Source: Cirrosporium novae-zelandiae
Taxonomy: Eukaryota
NCBI GenBank assembly: GCA_026023565.1
Contig: JAPETS010000016.1
Coordinates: forward strand, 496,001-560,000
DNA length: 64,000 nucleotides
Reading direction: 5' to 3'
Part shown: positions 12,878 to 29,473 of the stretch, one piece after another
Numbering within the stretch: position 1 is the first letter of the stretch
Layout: every line of letters starts with the position of its first letter
Program-made: the position numbers and the translations under genes
The notes under the pieces: generated by a model
What the model saw: the letters and a program-made list of their open reading frames with translations, nothing else
The model's database searches: none
What the model was told of the DNA's origin: nothing

Positions 12878-14599
12878 TCAAACGATGTTCCAGCTCTGTT
12901 AGGATACGGAGGGAAGAGTTGATAGCAGAGTTTGGTCGCATTGCTCTTGAGAAAGGCGAATGCGGAGAGGAAGGGCGGTAGTCAAGCCGAGATTGAAGAC
13001 GACCAGAAACTGCAAAGGTCAATAAAAAGAAGTCTAAATTGGGTTGCAGACACATTTAATTATAAATGAGAGATGGGTAGGATTTTAATTTTCAATCATA
13101 GCGTTGGTCATATACCGAGAGTATGGAGAAGAGATTTGCAACGAGAAGGATATCTTGGGATGGAATAAGCTAGAGAATCAGTTAGACGCATGATGTTACT
13201 TTGGTTACAGTTTATTGTTCGCGGGAAATCGGCCTAGGGATCCTCCGTAATGCGAGAGATGACTTGAAGAGGTTTTTGGGGAGGTCAGTTAGGGACTTGT
13301 ATGGAGACTTGGATGGGGGACTGGATGGGGACTGGATACCTAGGTACCTAGGTAGTTAACCCGGTAATGGTATCCATTCACACAATCCACAACAAATCCA
13401 CCAAGACCACCATGTCCACCAAGTGATATACACTAACCCTAGTATCTACTTGTTTCTTCGTCATATTCATACAATAGATACCAAGGTATCCCAAATGATT
13501 TTCCACTTATAATCCCCCGAGATTTGTAGTTGTCACCCCTTCAAGGTACGGCTATTGAACTTCAAATCAACCAGATACACAACTCTAACCATTATTTATC
13601 CGCCAATCATCTTCCATCATCACCATCAAGACCATCAACATTAACCACATCTGGGTCGTCTGTTGATCTTTCAGCAATCTCTGCCGGGGCAGTCCTTCCG
13701 GCACAACACAATCCTCTTACCCTTCCTAATCCCTATATCCTTTCATTTTATTTACTAATCAATTACCTAGGTATTATTCTCACCGTCTCTCGATCTTGTA
13801 TGGATCTGGAAACCGAAGACTCCCCCTTTGGTTCTTTGTTGTGATGCCATCTACTCGTTTGAGATGGTTTCCCTTGAACTCGTCAACGGTAAATGATAAA
13901 TATTAAAAACACCCCCATAGCATCATTGAACCCTGGATAAATTCAGCCTCAGTCCCTCCTCCATGCCCCATCAATCCAGATCCTCTAGCGACTTCCACGT
14001 ATGCTTCAATCCAATTGCGGACCTTCTCCGGGACCAGGTTGTTTCAGCCCAAGACTTATGATGGCATCTGTACTTCAAACTGCAAAGAACCAGAAGGGAA
14101 TTATGGAAAAGAAATGGAAAACCCCCATTCAACGCCAGCAGCATCAACCTTAACCTGCCTATGATGTTACAGTACTAAGCCGACAACTTGGAAAGCCCTT
14201 GACTGCATAGCCACTATCTTAGCTACACTATGGTGTGTACTGGCAAGGTTCGCAGGGTTTGATGTACATTGTTGTACATTTTTCATCGTCATCATGCTCT
14301 TTGCTTGCTACGGCAGTTATGTTGTAAAGCACACTCAAGCTGGTAGACCAATCTTTGCACAACACTTTGTAAGACCTAATCGCGGCTTGCCATTTACAAG
14401 CATCCCGCATATTGCCGATATTCAGTTGCAATTGACGGATTTTTTGAATTCAGCTGGATTCTAGCACATACAATGCAACATATACCGTTTCATAAAGATG
14501 CCATCTCCACGTATTGATTTTCCCGTTCATATCCATTATCAGCAAAATGAGTGGCGGATTCCGGGATGAGTCGGGTCTGTACTAGAGATTTCTCCATCC

Positions 14600-15731
14600 C
14601 TACGACAACTCTGGCGTATCTGCAAAGATATACGCTTCCATCCTAGAGCTTATCAGCTATCCTATAGTCAAAATATAGGATACTATCCTGCTCACCTATC
14701 AAGAAATCTATTTCCTACCACCTCAGTGTTCTCAACAGCTTGCCGAACCTCAGCAATATCCGTATCTGTTAATTTGACATCCAAGGCACCCAAATTTTCT
14801 TCCAGGTACTTGACCTTTTTGGTTCCAGGGATAGGAATAATATCGTCCCCTTGAGCCATCAGCCAAGCTAATGTAAGCTGGCTGGGAGTGCATCCTTTCT
14901 TATCAGCAATTTTTTTCATCTTGTCCACAAATTCCAAATTCTTGGGGAAATTTTCTTTTGAGAACCTCGGGGCCATTTTACGCCAATCCCCTTCTTCAAA
15001 GTCATCCGGACTCTTGTACTGACCAGTAATAAACCCCCGGGCAAGAGGACTATACGCTACTATGGCAACACCAAGCTCACGACAAGTCTGCATAAGCCCA
15101 ATTTTGGGGTTTTCGATATCCATCGAGAAGGGACTGTATTCAATTTGTATAGCATCAATGTGATGGACCTTGCAAGCCCTTCGCAACGTAGTAGAGGAGC
15201 ACTGGCTGAGCCCAAGGTATCTAATCTTGCCTTCCCTTTTCAATTCTGCCATGGTCTCAACAGTCTTTTCAATGGGTGTTATCCTATCTATTCGGTGACA
15301 ACAGTATAGATCAATTGTATCAACACCTAGTCTGTTTAGGCTTTTGGCACAAGCCTTTTTCGTATACTCGGGGTCACTGCGGAATTCATCCCCCGTCTGA
15401 GTTTCATAGATTCTAAACTTTGTACTGAAAAAGATTTCATCTCGTTTTCTAGTCTTCTTGAACTATTTCCCAATAAGGTCTTCGTTGTCTCCGTATACAT
15501 CGGAGCTATCCTAGTTCAGCTCACTGCGGTTGTAAGCCTCGTCGAGCATCTGGAAACGTTCTTTGTCGGGTGGAGGTGTACCGTAGAAAGCGGAGAGCCC
15601 CATGACCTATCCCCCTTTTTAGTAGTTCACATGATGATTCTTGCAGAAAGATCTGCACTCACCCCAAAACCAAGGGCCGTGACCTGAGGTCCATTCTTTC
15701 CAAGCTTGCGGGTGGGGAGCTGAGGAGGCAT
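14600..15731 (-). pseudogene. Aldo-keto reductase (YakC/auxin-induced type) with two in-frame TAG codons
   Basis: Exons 15731-15663, 15606-14696, 14642-14600 give MPPQLPTRKLGKNGPQVTALGFG|VMGLSAFYG...D-x4-Y...STKF...IDLY..HR...YSPLARG...PIPGT; TAG at 15513-15511 and 15465-15463 where the family has Trp (xWDxxDxYG, IGKWF). Confidence 0.85.
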
Positions 15732-16094
15732 ATTAATTAATGGTCTTTGCTAGAAGTTGGCAGTGTGTCATTTTATTCCGAGATAGATATAGATATCAAG
15801 GGATGCAAATTAATTGATTATTTTAAAGGTGGGTTATTGAGGTGTACTCCAGAATTTGGAATGTCACTCATGTAGCACAAACAAGAGGGGAAAAGAAAGA
15901 CTCTCAACGCCAAGGAACCGTTTGGAGTGTCTGCCTTTGCCTTTTGCCCTAGATATGATAGGGTACTTCGATTGAGCATACAACACTGATCTTATCTGTC
16001 TGAAGACCCCCAAGGTACTGGTAATTACGTCTCCTAGCTTTATATCCATGGGTTAGGATGCTTCAGGAACGAGGAAAGCACCCCTAAAGGCCGG

Positions 16095-16799
16095 TCAGGA
16101 TTCCTGCAGTGCTTCCCCTGCAGTGTTTCTCCTTCTTAGAGACTCTACCTCTCTCTTCAAAGTCTCCTTTTCTTGTTCTAATTGCTCAATTCTCTCATCA
16201 AGAGTGTCGAGTTGTTCTGCCGCCCCTGCACTAAGCTCTTCTATGATCTTGAATACACGCCACAAGCGCAAAACCACCACAAGAGAACCAACCTCCTCAA
16301 TGATACCCTTAAGTACCACGTCGATGATAAATCCGGCTACAATAACTGTGGCATCAAAGCAATGGAACATGGATTTGAAGTAACTTGGAAACGGTTAGTG
16401 ACTCTAAGGAGGTCTCTAGCTGGTCGAATAGACATACATAAATCCAAAGGCCCAAACAGAAGCCAGTAATTCGAGCATGAATAAGCATGAGAAGACCAGG
16501 CTTACGGTTCCTAGAATACTCTGTGCTTCCTCAAATCCTTCACCCCCGCGCTTTTTCTCACACTGGAAAAGTTTAATGAGGAAATCCGCAAAGATGCATG
16601 ACACATCGAACCCAACCAATAGTAAAACACAGTAATGACCGGTCTTTGAAGTTAGAAATACTTGAACATTATGGCGACTCCTCTTTAATGCTGAGTGACC
16701 GTCAGTGGTTGACAGATGTCGATGTATAAATCCATCAGTGGCATTTAAGAGAGCACGTCGGTCCTCCCATAGTAGTGGCTGGCGTTCACCGAAACTCAT
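16095..16799 (-). CDS. Voltage-gated proton channel Hv1
   Basis: Two exons (16799-16438, 16383-16095); four hydrophobic segments, S1 Asp (LVGFDV), S3 FDATVI, S4 VVLRLWRVFKII (RxWRxxK), C-terminal coiled coil. Confidence 0.88.
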
Positions 16800-17321
16800 T
16801 GTAACGACAATAAGGATCTTGCTAGCTATTATAAGGTGTTGTTGAATTGCTTGACCTATTTCCTGTAAGTCGTCGGGCCGGTCTGAAAGATATTAGATTT
16901 TGAGGCGTCAACTAGTGTTGCAATATGCGTTAATAGTAACTTAGGGATAGTTGAATATTCAAAAGTAGGAAGTGCAGCTATTATAAAGTTGAAGTGCGGG
17001 AGGGAGTGCAAGTGTTGGTTCAAGGAAGTCGTCGCGCATGAAGCTTGGGCCATCTGAGATTCACGCTAAGCCCAAGCGATCTGTTAGTCCTTATTGGATC
17101 TTCTTGAGGCTCTTCACCAGCACTGGTATTCCCACGACTTTTAGCACCTCAGGCCCGTCGATTAGTGTTTTGCGCGACTCATAATTACTTCATTTTGTTT
17201 CCAGCCTCGTCGTTTCTTTCTTACTTTTCTACTGTCGGCATATCTACATATCTACCATTTACCTTGATCATCAACCCTCAGTTCTTTGTCGGGATATTGG
17301 CGAGCCTCCGAATAATCTAAG

Positions 17322-18204
<883 letters not shown>

Positions 18205-19276
18205 GAGATGAGACGATCCTCATGTCCCGACATAACCCGGCATTAGGCCATTCTATGATATGGTTGGCGCTTACTAAGGCTTAAAGTTGTACAACAGTTT
18301 TTTATGGGAGGGAAGAAGAGAGAATGATGGTTGATTTCCATTTTGGAAAACAGAGCGGATACTTGTCCTTTGTCGCCCTGGATTTTCAGGCCATGAGCAC
18401 AAAAAATTGATTCCTTGCTTTAGCAGATTGACAAAAAACGTTCGCCTTGAAGTTGGATTGGTAATGATATTGTGAGCCTGGTACTTGGCTGTTTATGGAA
18501 AATCGTGACCAAGAAGTTCATAAACAGCACAGCCGACAGTCTGGGCCTTCAGGATTTGGAAAAAAGAAGCCAGGAAGAAGATTGGTGACACCATGTACGT
18601 CTCAAGCCAGACAAGGTACAATGTAGCTTAGTAGTAGTGGACTTTTTTCCAACTTTTTTTCAACTTTTTATTTTATTTTTTATTTTTCATGCCTTTAGAA
18701 ATTAAAAGGAACTTTGTATATCTTTCCATCCACCTCTACAATACTGGCAAGGGGACTTGAATTTTATCCTTGGCTTGCCACTAGATGTCAGAGTTGGCCA
18801 AACAACAGTTTAAGCGCCCCAAGACCTTCACAAGCGTTCAAGCGCGGGGCAAAGTTTCTATCTTTGGGCCTAAGAGCAGCTTGTTGGACGAATACCGCTA
18901 AAGGTATTTCATAGAGAGGGATCTGCTTCAACGAGAATTTGACGTTGACTTGATGATTTTTAGCTATCCTACACGTATTTATCAAAGACTTCGCAGGTCG
19001 ACGGTCATCTTTACATAGTATTACCGAGCCACTTTCCCTAGACTTTCCCGAGTGGTTCGTTCGTCATTTTCAATCCTCTGTTGTTGCCCAGACCCTAGGA
19101 CTCAGCCTCAGTCGGTTACGCCAAGCGCAATACATCCCATTCCCTAATCGGTCAGCAAAGCGAGAGCTTCGGCCGTCTCAAGACCTATTCAACCTTCTGT
19201 ATATTGCGGTTTCTTAGGAGTTTGAGTCAATCAGTTTGGGCAGCTCCAGAAGCTGTCACCGGGATAGTACAGCATC

Positions 19277-22235
<2,959 letters not shown>

Positions 22236-22895
22236 AGAAAGAAGCGAGCTGAGAGTGTTCGAAACTATCAATATGATATTAGGTGGGGGTTGGAGGATTT
22301 TGTTCTTAGGGGTTTGGCACAAGCAGGTTATTCTGCGAAAGGGTTTATCTGTCTTCTTAACCTCCTGTACTCTACCGAGTATGCAAGCTTAAACAAAGTA
22401 TGCATCATTAACCACAACAACACAACATGTTTTTTATTGGCCGAGGAAATATTCAATCTGGAATTTTTTCCCTCCTCAAAAGCCAGACTCGTTCGTTTTC
22501 TTCCCCCCAAAGACATGTTATGTTTTGTTGGCTTCAACAACAAGCCTTTTTACACGCTACACAGACATACTATTTTATATAATGATGAAAAATCGGATAT
22601 TCTATTCTTCATCGGCATTTATAGCTTGATATTGATATTGACTAGTAATAAATAATACTAACGTTTGGTTTTGGGAGATTCCTGCTTCGTTTTGGACTTG
22701 ACATTCATTTACTCCATCCCTCCCTTCCTTAAACCCAACCATATCCATATCCATATCCATCGTCCCTTTCATCCCAATTCTCCAATCCCCAATCTAATCC
22801 CCAAACCAAGTAAACACCATTCCCATTACCATTACAATTTTTTTCCACATTAAAAATAGGGGAATCCGTGTCGAATAGACAGACTTTCTCTCTTC

Positions 22896-22958
<63 letters not shown>
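22896..22958. repeat. (CTTT)n microsatellite
   Basis: Uninterrupted tetranucleotide run. Confidence 0.95.
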
Positions 22959-25662
22959 ATATATGTATTGGGGATTGGGGATTGGGAATGGAATGGCAGG
23001 TAGTATTAGGGGAGGGGGGGGTTGGATGAGTGAGTGGATGAGTGAGTGGATGAGTGAGTGGGTGAGTGACTAAGGAAACGGGGAGAGGGAAATGGGGGGA
23101 ATTAGATTAACCCTTTAATAGTACAGTACCTAGCATATTAGCGTATGTGTCTCGTTTCGTCTTGTCTTGCGCGTGTGTGTAGTCTATATGTTTGTACATG
23201 TGCAGCTTCGAATATCTTTCCAATTACACACGTCTCGCTTTTTGAATTATATATGTATGTATGTATGTATGTTTAACGGCGAGCTAAATTAGCCAGTTAG
23301 CTAGGTACCTTGGTATTAAATCAGACTTATTTGGATATTTTAACTATTTTCCTTCTCCTCGTCATCGTCATCGTCGTCATCATTATCGATCAAACCTATC
23401 TATCCATTTAGTCCCTCAGCCGAAAAAAAAAACACATAAACAAAAACATGGCCACAAAAAATAGGGAAATCCGAATACAAACACGAACACGAACACGAAC
23501 AAGAACACCAATACCAATACCAATCGATAGTTTTAGGGATATGTCCTCGATACTACGCTTCTTGCTCTTTCTTTGGGTGATGTGATGTCTTCACAGCCTA
23601 CCTATCTAGCTATTTAGCTATCTAGCTGCCTATTCCCTTCAGCCTGTTTTTCCAACTGTAGTAGTAGTAGCAGCATCTAAATCCAAGTACACTAGTAAGT
23701 AAGTAAGTAAGTAAGCGTTCCTATTCATTTAGGATGGGCACCGGGGGGAGGATGGCTCAACTCCCTTTAATCATCTAGGTCAACTAGTCAACTATTCTTC
23801 CAATCTTCTAATCTTCAAATAGATAGATATATCGTATCATATCATATTATATTATATCAACCACACAAACAGGCCATTGAGGGGGATTTTTTTTTTCTCT
23901 TTGAACCGTAGGTGATGTGGATGTGGATATGGATGTATGTAATCATGATATGATATGTATGATATGGACAACATCCATCCAATCATCTATCCATTCATCA
24001 AACCATATAGTAGCTTTTTGGGGACGGGGGTGGGGGGATTGGATCATTATTTCTGTATATATTTTTGTTATATGTTGATTTGGGATTTAGGATTTGGGAT
24101 ATAGATTATACCTTACTTAAGGTTAAGGGTTAAAGGGTTAAGATTGAAGATTGGGATCTAGATGGGGGTATATAACATATAACCCTGATGGATTTTGGGG
24201 GACAAGGGGGGAGATGGGAGTAAAGTCTTGGTTGTGTGAATGAATGAATGCTGTGGACTTCTTCGTTATAGAGATAGTATGTATATACACATATCCTCTC
24301 CTTTAGTTAGCTGTTTATAACTATTTGTCATACACTTATACACAAGTATCATAGTATCATGACATACATGCATGCTGCTCTGCTTGATGTCAATCATAAC
24401 CGATCGATCGGGGCTATTCTATAAGTTGTTGTTGTTGTTGTTGTTGCTCCTGCTGCTAAATTTAGAATTCTAGATCTTAGATTTATCTATTTTATTTCGT
24501 TTTGGATGTATAAGAAGTCACTTATAGATTGGCTGACTGACTGATTTCTAGTTTTTTTTTAAAAAAAATTGAAATTTGGAATTGGGATGGGAAATTAGGA
24601 GTAGGAATTGTTGTTTATGTTTCGTCGTTATTGTTATTGCCATCTTCCCTAGGGAGAGACATTCAATCATTCACCTATCTCTATACTTACTCACCCAAAC
24701 CCAAAATAAGTCTATAGAATCCAGGTATATTTTTTTTAACTTACTTGCTTGCTTCTTGGGTAGTAGTGATTAACAAAGGACTCTGGGCCGAGTGGGGGGT
24801 GTGTGTATAGATAAACAGGTAGATAGTTGGGCTTAGTTAGTTATTCAGACTTTTCTGTTTGTTGGTTAGTTAATTGCATTTTTCCTTGCTTTCTTTTCTA
24901 CTATACCACGTCCGACTCCTGATTGAAGAGTCCATCCAAGTTAGAAGAATATTCGCCTCATCTCTTAAAAATCTTTCTATCTGTTGCGAACGCAGCAAGC
25001 TTATATAGCTAAACATAGTTATCCGCAACAACTAGCGGGTGATCACGCCCTTTCGGCTTAGTGGTAAAGAGTTGAGCTTATTTCTATGACACTGTTTCTA
25101 TCCTGATGAAAATCTTTGTATATTTTTATAGGATTCCTTTTTTTTTAAAAAAAAAGAAGGGAGTCCTTTTTTGTAGTTCACTAGTACTGATAGTTAGGTT
25201 TGTATTGTGGATATTGGGTTTGACTTACTTGGTATATTATTTATTATATTTGATTTACTATTCTATTCTATTATTCGAAGTCCTTCTTTCTTTTGATTTG
25301 TTTTTACGTATATATAACGTGGTTAAATACTTTTCCAGGCCGGCCTGACATGGTCAAAACAACCTCATAATGAGGTGGCACAGATCAGCAAGGAAGAAGC
25401 CTCTGACTACTGCTGCAGTAATAATAACTTTCAGGCCGGAGTGGATTCACAGCCTTCGGTAAGCTGGGATCATAATAGGAGATTAGATTTGGATAAAAAT
25501 AAGGGGAGGCGAGAAGAAATGATTCTCAGATTGTTGGGGAATTATTGTCTGTGATGTAGGGCCTGGCTCTATAAATTTCTCCTTTGTCCTTGAGGGGAGA
25601 CTTAGAGGGAAGCAGTGAAAAGGTGAAATCAAAAAATGATAGTAGATTTGTTCTTTATGATC

Positions 25663-25842
25663 ATCCTCTAAAGCGGTTCCACATGGCTACCACTAACAAA
25701 GCATAATTTATCCAATAATAAACAATAAATATTGCTTGTATCTATGAAATCAATTGTGAAACTGAAACTGACAAATTATGATTTTTGGATTATATTTTTT
25801 TGACCTTGTTGGCGGTAGCCATGTGGAACCGCTTCGGAGGAT
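25663..25842. repeat. 37-bp inverted repeat pair around an AT-rich spacer (MITE-like)
   Basis: 25663-25699 is the reverse complement of 25806-25842 with four mismatches, all transitions. Confidence 0.8.
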
Positions 25843-28800
25843 AAAGCTACATTAGTAGCCGTTTTTGAAGAGCAAAAATCGGGGTTTTATTGAAAGTTGA
25901 TTTGAATCGGGTGAAAATGGTATCACTTCAACCCACTTGATCTATTGTAGTCTAGCCGTGATGGCTATGCATTACCAGATCACACCACTGAAGACGACTG
26001 AAACGTTAGAAAAGTAAACTTGGAGAATATTTCTAATTGATTTGCTTTGCTTGAAACCGGCGCCTTAGAAACTAGAGTGAATGCCCTATCCTATCCGATT
26101 CGTGGGAATGATTGCATGCGGTAGCAGACGCCCAGCTAGAGCTATGAAATACCAAAAGAAGATATTGTGAAGATCAGTTCCAAATAGGACATCGTTGACG
26201 GAAGAAGCAGTATGCCCATGCACATGTGGAAATAAGTTCCAGCTAACAAAGCCAGCAAGCACGGGGCAAATCTGTTGGTTTTCTCTGGTGACCTTGCTAG
26301 GGGATTGATAAAAATCAGCTAGCCATATTTGAACTGCCTGTGTATGCGAGAATATGATGTGTCAGGGAAGACGTCAATGCAGGGTCCTGAGGAACAACAA
26401 CGTTAGGTTTAATACGATGAGGTAGGAAATGAAAGAGGGCTTGCGGATGTTGAGTTCAAATGTCCAGACCGGTGGGAACACAGGCCAAGGGTTCCTGGGA
26501 AAAGGATATTATTGCGTAGTGGCTTGCTTGGCATTCGCGTCATCGCCCAGTAAAGCGTAAAGTTACTGTGAGCAAGATGAGAGTGGAAATCAAACATGTG
26601 GTGGATGGACATCACCATTCTCATTCCATTATCAAGGTAGCTGACATATTGCTTCTTCTGCTTATCTCCCTTCTTGTTCGGACCTTGGACATTCCAGATT
26701 TTTATCAAGGATCAACGTCGAAGCTGTCCAAGGATTCATTAAAGCCCAATATGAGAGTTGGCATGGGATTGCATACTCGCATACAGACCTAGAATGAGTG
26801 AGCTCAGATTTCATAACCTTTGATGTTGTTTCGTTGACATTGTTGAATATTGACGGAGACTTTGATATTTCGCCCCACATGCGAGGCTGCCATAGAGAGT
26901 TTGTACCTACACTGAAGTGAAATATAGCAGTACCTTTAAAGCTCAAGGTAATATTGCAGCCATAGTGGGGAATACTGACGAATCTTATTGCGAAAAACCC
27001 GGGATCAATCTGCACAGCGGCGTGAAGGAAATTTTCAACATCCCTTAATCTCGATCGCAGCTTCCACAGACTTACAAAGGTACTAGCAACATTCATCACA
27101 TATCCATCCAATAACATTCAAAGCTCTTCATGATGAAACATTAAGGTCTAAAAGGGCTTTCGGTCGCGTCGGTCAAAGTTTTTTTCAAGGTTCCTCGGTC
27201 GAAAGACAACGTGGAGAGCCGGGGAGAGTTTGCGGAGCCGGCTGATCGGTTAAGATGCGTCTTCATGGAAAATATACAAGTAAATCGTGGATAAAAGACG
27301 CGGCCGGAAGTCGGAGATCAGGATCCTCCGCCCCAAGGAAGTACCTTAAGTTGAATAAAATATAGGTGAGCCGCCGCTGATATGGATTTGATAACTACTC
27401 GGGTAGCGGTCAGTCTTAAGCCGTAGTATTGTAAGGCTCGCCAATTGGTTTATGCATTAATATTATAGTGGGGTATTCAAGATGCTGGAAACACAATCGA
27501 CAATGGTGAAACGGATGAGCCAATACCGAAGTGCGGAAACCCGGATATCCGTCCCCAGCCAGTGATCTTGAGAACCATGGTACCAAGGTAGAATTCCTCT
27601 TGATAATTTGGATATCTGTGGAGTTAAATCTTGGTTCTATGGCGTTTAAACCCTCATTGCATTTGCAGTGGCAAATTTCATATATTGTTGGTGTAACCTA
27701 TTCTCGATATGTATTTGTCGAAACGGCATGCTTGGTTGCTTGATTGCTCAATAGCTCTTGGAATGCCGCTTTGCTTTTTCCACAGTTTGTTGTTGGTCGG
27801 ACAGACTCGCCCTAAACTACTATTATAGTACCTGAAGCAATGCAAGAAGGCACAAACACAAAACCGAAAACTTTAAACAGCACGCTCTTGATAAGACCAT
27901 TCCTAATTATTGGACCTTTGTCTACCATTGGCTCTGGTTGGGTCTGGTCGGAGCGTCTTTGATACCAGAATCCACCCAGTTCGAGAGAATTCAAATCTCA
28001 TACTCACATCGAATCGAAATCTACCATCGACATCGAGCAGTTGGTTCTTACACTCAAGACACGTATCCATGGATAATTTGTGCCATCATCTGTGAGAACT
28101 CTGAGGGGACATGTATAAGATATAGACATCCATAGCATTCACATTAAGTTTGGTCCTAAATGTCGATTGGTTGATATCAGGTTCCTAAGGGAAACATACC
28201 AGAGAAATTTTACAAAAACGTCGCTGAAAATTGGAATAAGTAGTTGTGAAAGAAGCCTAATCACCCATTACTTACTCAAATAGAAAAACGCCGGCACTTA
28301 GTTTTGACGTTTTATTCACCGGAAGGTTGCTGAATTGATAAAAAATAAAAATGTTGAAGGATGAAGAGAGAGTGAGACAAATTGGATAGTCATATGCAGC
28401 CACATAAACTTAACCCAGGGCTTGGAATTATTACTCGATGCTGAGGTTGATCAACGGGTTTCAGCCATCATAAGACAGGCTGACATTATAAATATTTTGA
28501 TAGACATATTAGACACGGATATTATGATTGTGTCACAAATTGAACACTTGAATGTTTATCCTGTTGATCTTTTTGTGTATTGATGCCCGATTCACATTTT
28601 TCTTTTTGGAGTGGATATCAATTGCAGTCCCTCCACATCTCCAAGGATTTCCTTTCCTTTCCCACGAAATCGAGTAAAGTGGGAATGTACTTATTAGTGA
28701 GGTCGTTTGGGGAATCCTACCAAGGTTTAAAACGCTTATACGAAAAGGTAGGGACCTTTCAGAATACACCACGATAGGTAATTCAATTGGATAGATTGAT

Positions 28801-29427
28801 ATGCAGGTGAAACCGAAAGAGGTTTAATGTGTACCTTGTTGCTCCGATAAGAAGACTAAAGAACGACTCAGATGGCGATCTCATCTCACTGAAAAAAAAA
28901 CGTAAGTATTTAGAGTAATGATGCCAGTTAATGTATGTACCAGGATAGATATCCAGTCACTTTAGAGTACTTGTACCAATTGAACAGCTTGATGCAGCTG
29001 CATTATGCAAGGCCCTGTGGGTTTCTTGCCCTGGGCTCGGGCGATTCCGTACTGTTGAACGTCGTATGCAGCCAGAAAATGTACCTGACGCAACTTCTGT
29101 ACTGGACCGTTGAAGCTGTGCTCCAACAAAAAAGTGTGTAGAGGATCAAGAGAAGTAAAAAGATGCCAATAGGATAAAGCATGAAAGTTATGGCATGGTT
29201 GTTCAACTAAGTTGGCACTTGACAGGTATGGGCCATGAGCCATTTGGGGAAGGGGGGGGTATGGTTGTATTGTAAGTTGGTAATGGCCTTGTAACATTAT
29301 ATTTTACCCCTCTATTTAGATTGATTTGATTAACTCAGTTCGGTTCTATGGAAGACTGGGAGGGGTTCCTAGGATGTTGGGAAGTTAGGAAGTTAGGAAC
29401 GTCTGAATGCCGCATCGCCTGATAAAC

Positions 29428-29473
29428 GATGATGATGATGATGATGACGATGATGATGATGATGATGATGATG
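29428..29473. repeat. (GAT)n microsatellite
   Basis: Trinucleotide run with one GAC interruption. Confidence 0.95.

Noticed and set aside
14658..14682. 9-bp hairpin TATCCTATA/TATAGGATA in AKR intron 2
   Set aside because: Short and AT-rich; plausible by chance.
24116..24141. Telomere-like TTAAGG(G) repeats
   Set aside because: Three or four imperfect units, not TTAGGG, inside low-complexity DNA.
27933..27949. Similarity to the MITE subterminal sequence near 49166
   Set aside because: Short low-complexity match without the CAGGG terminus.
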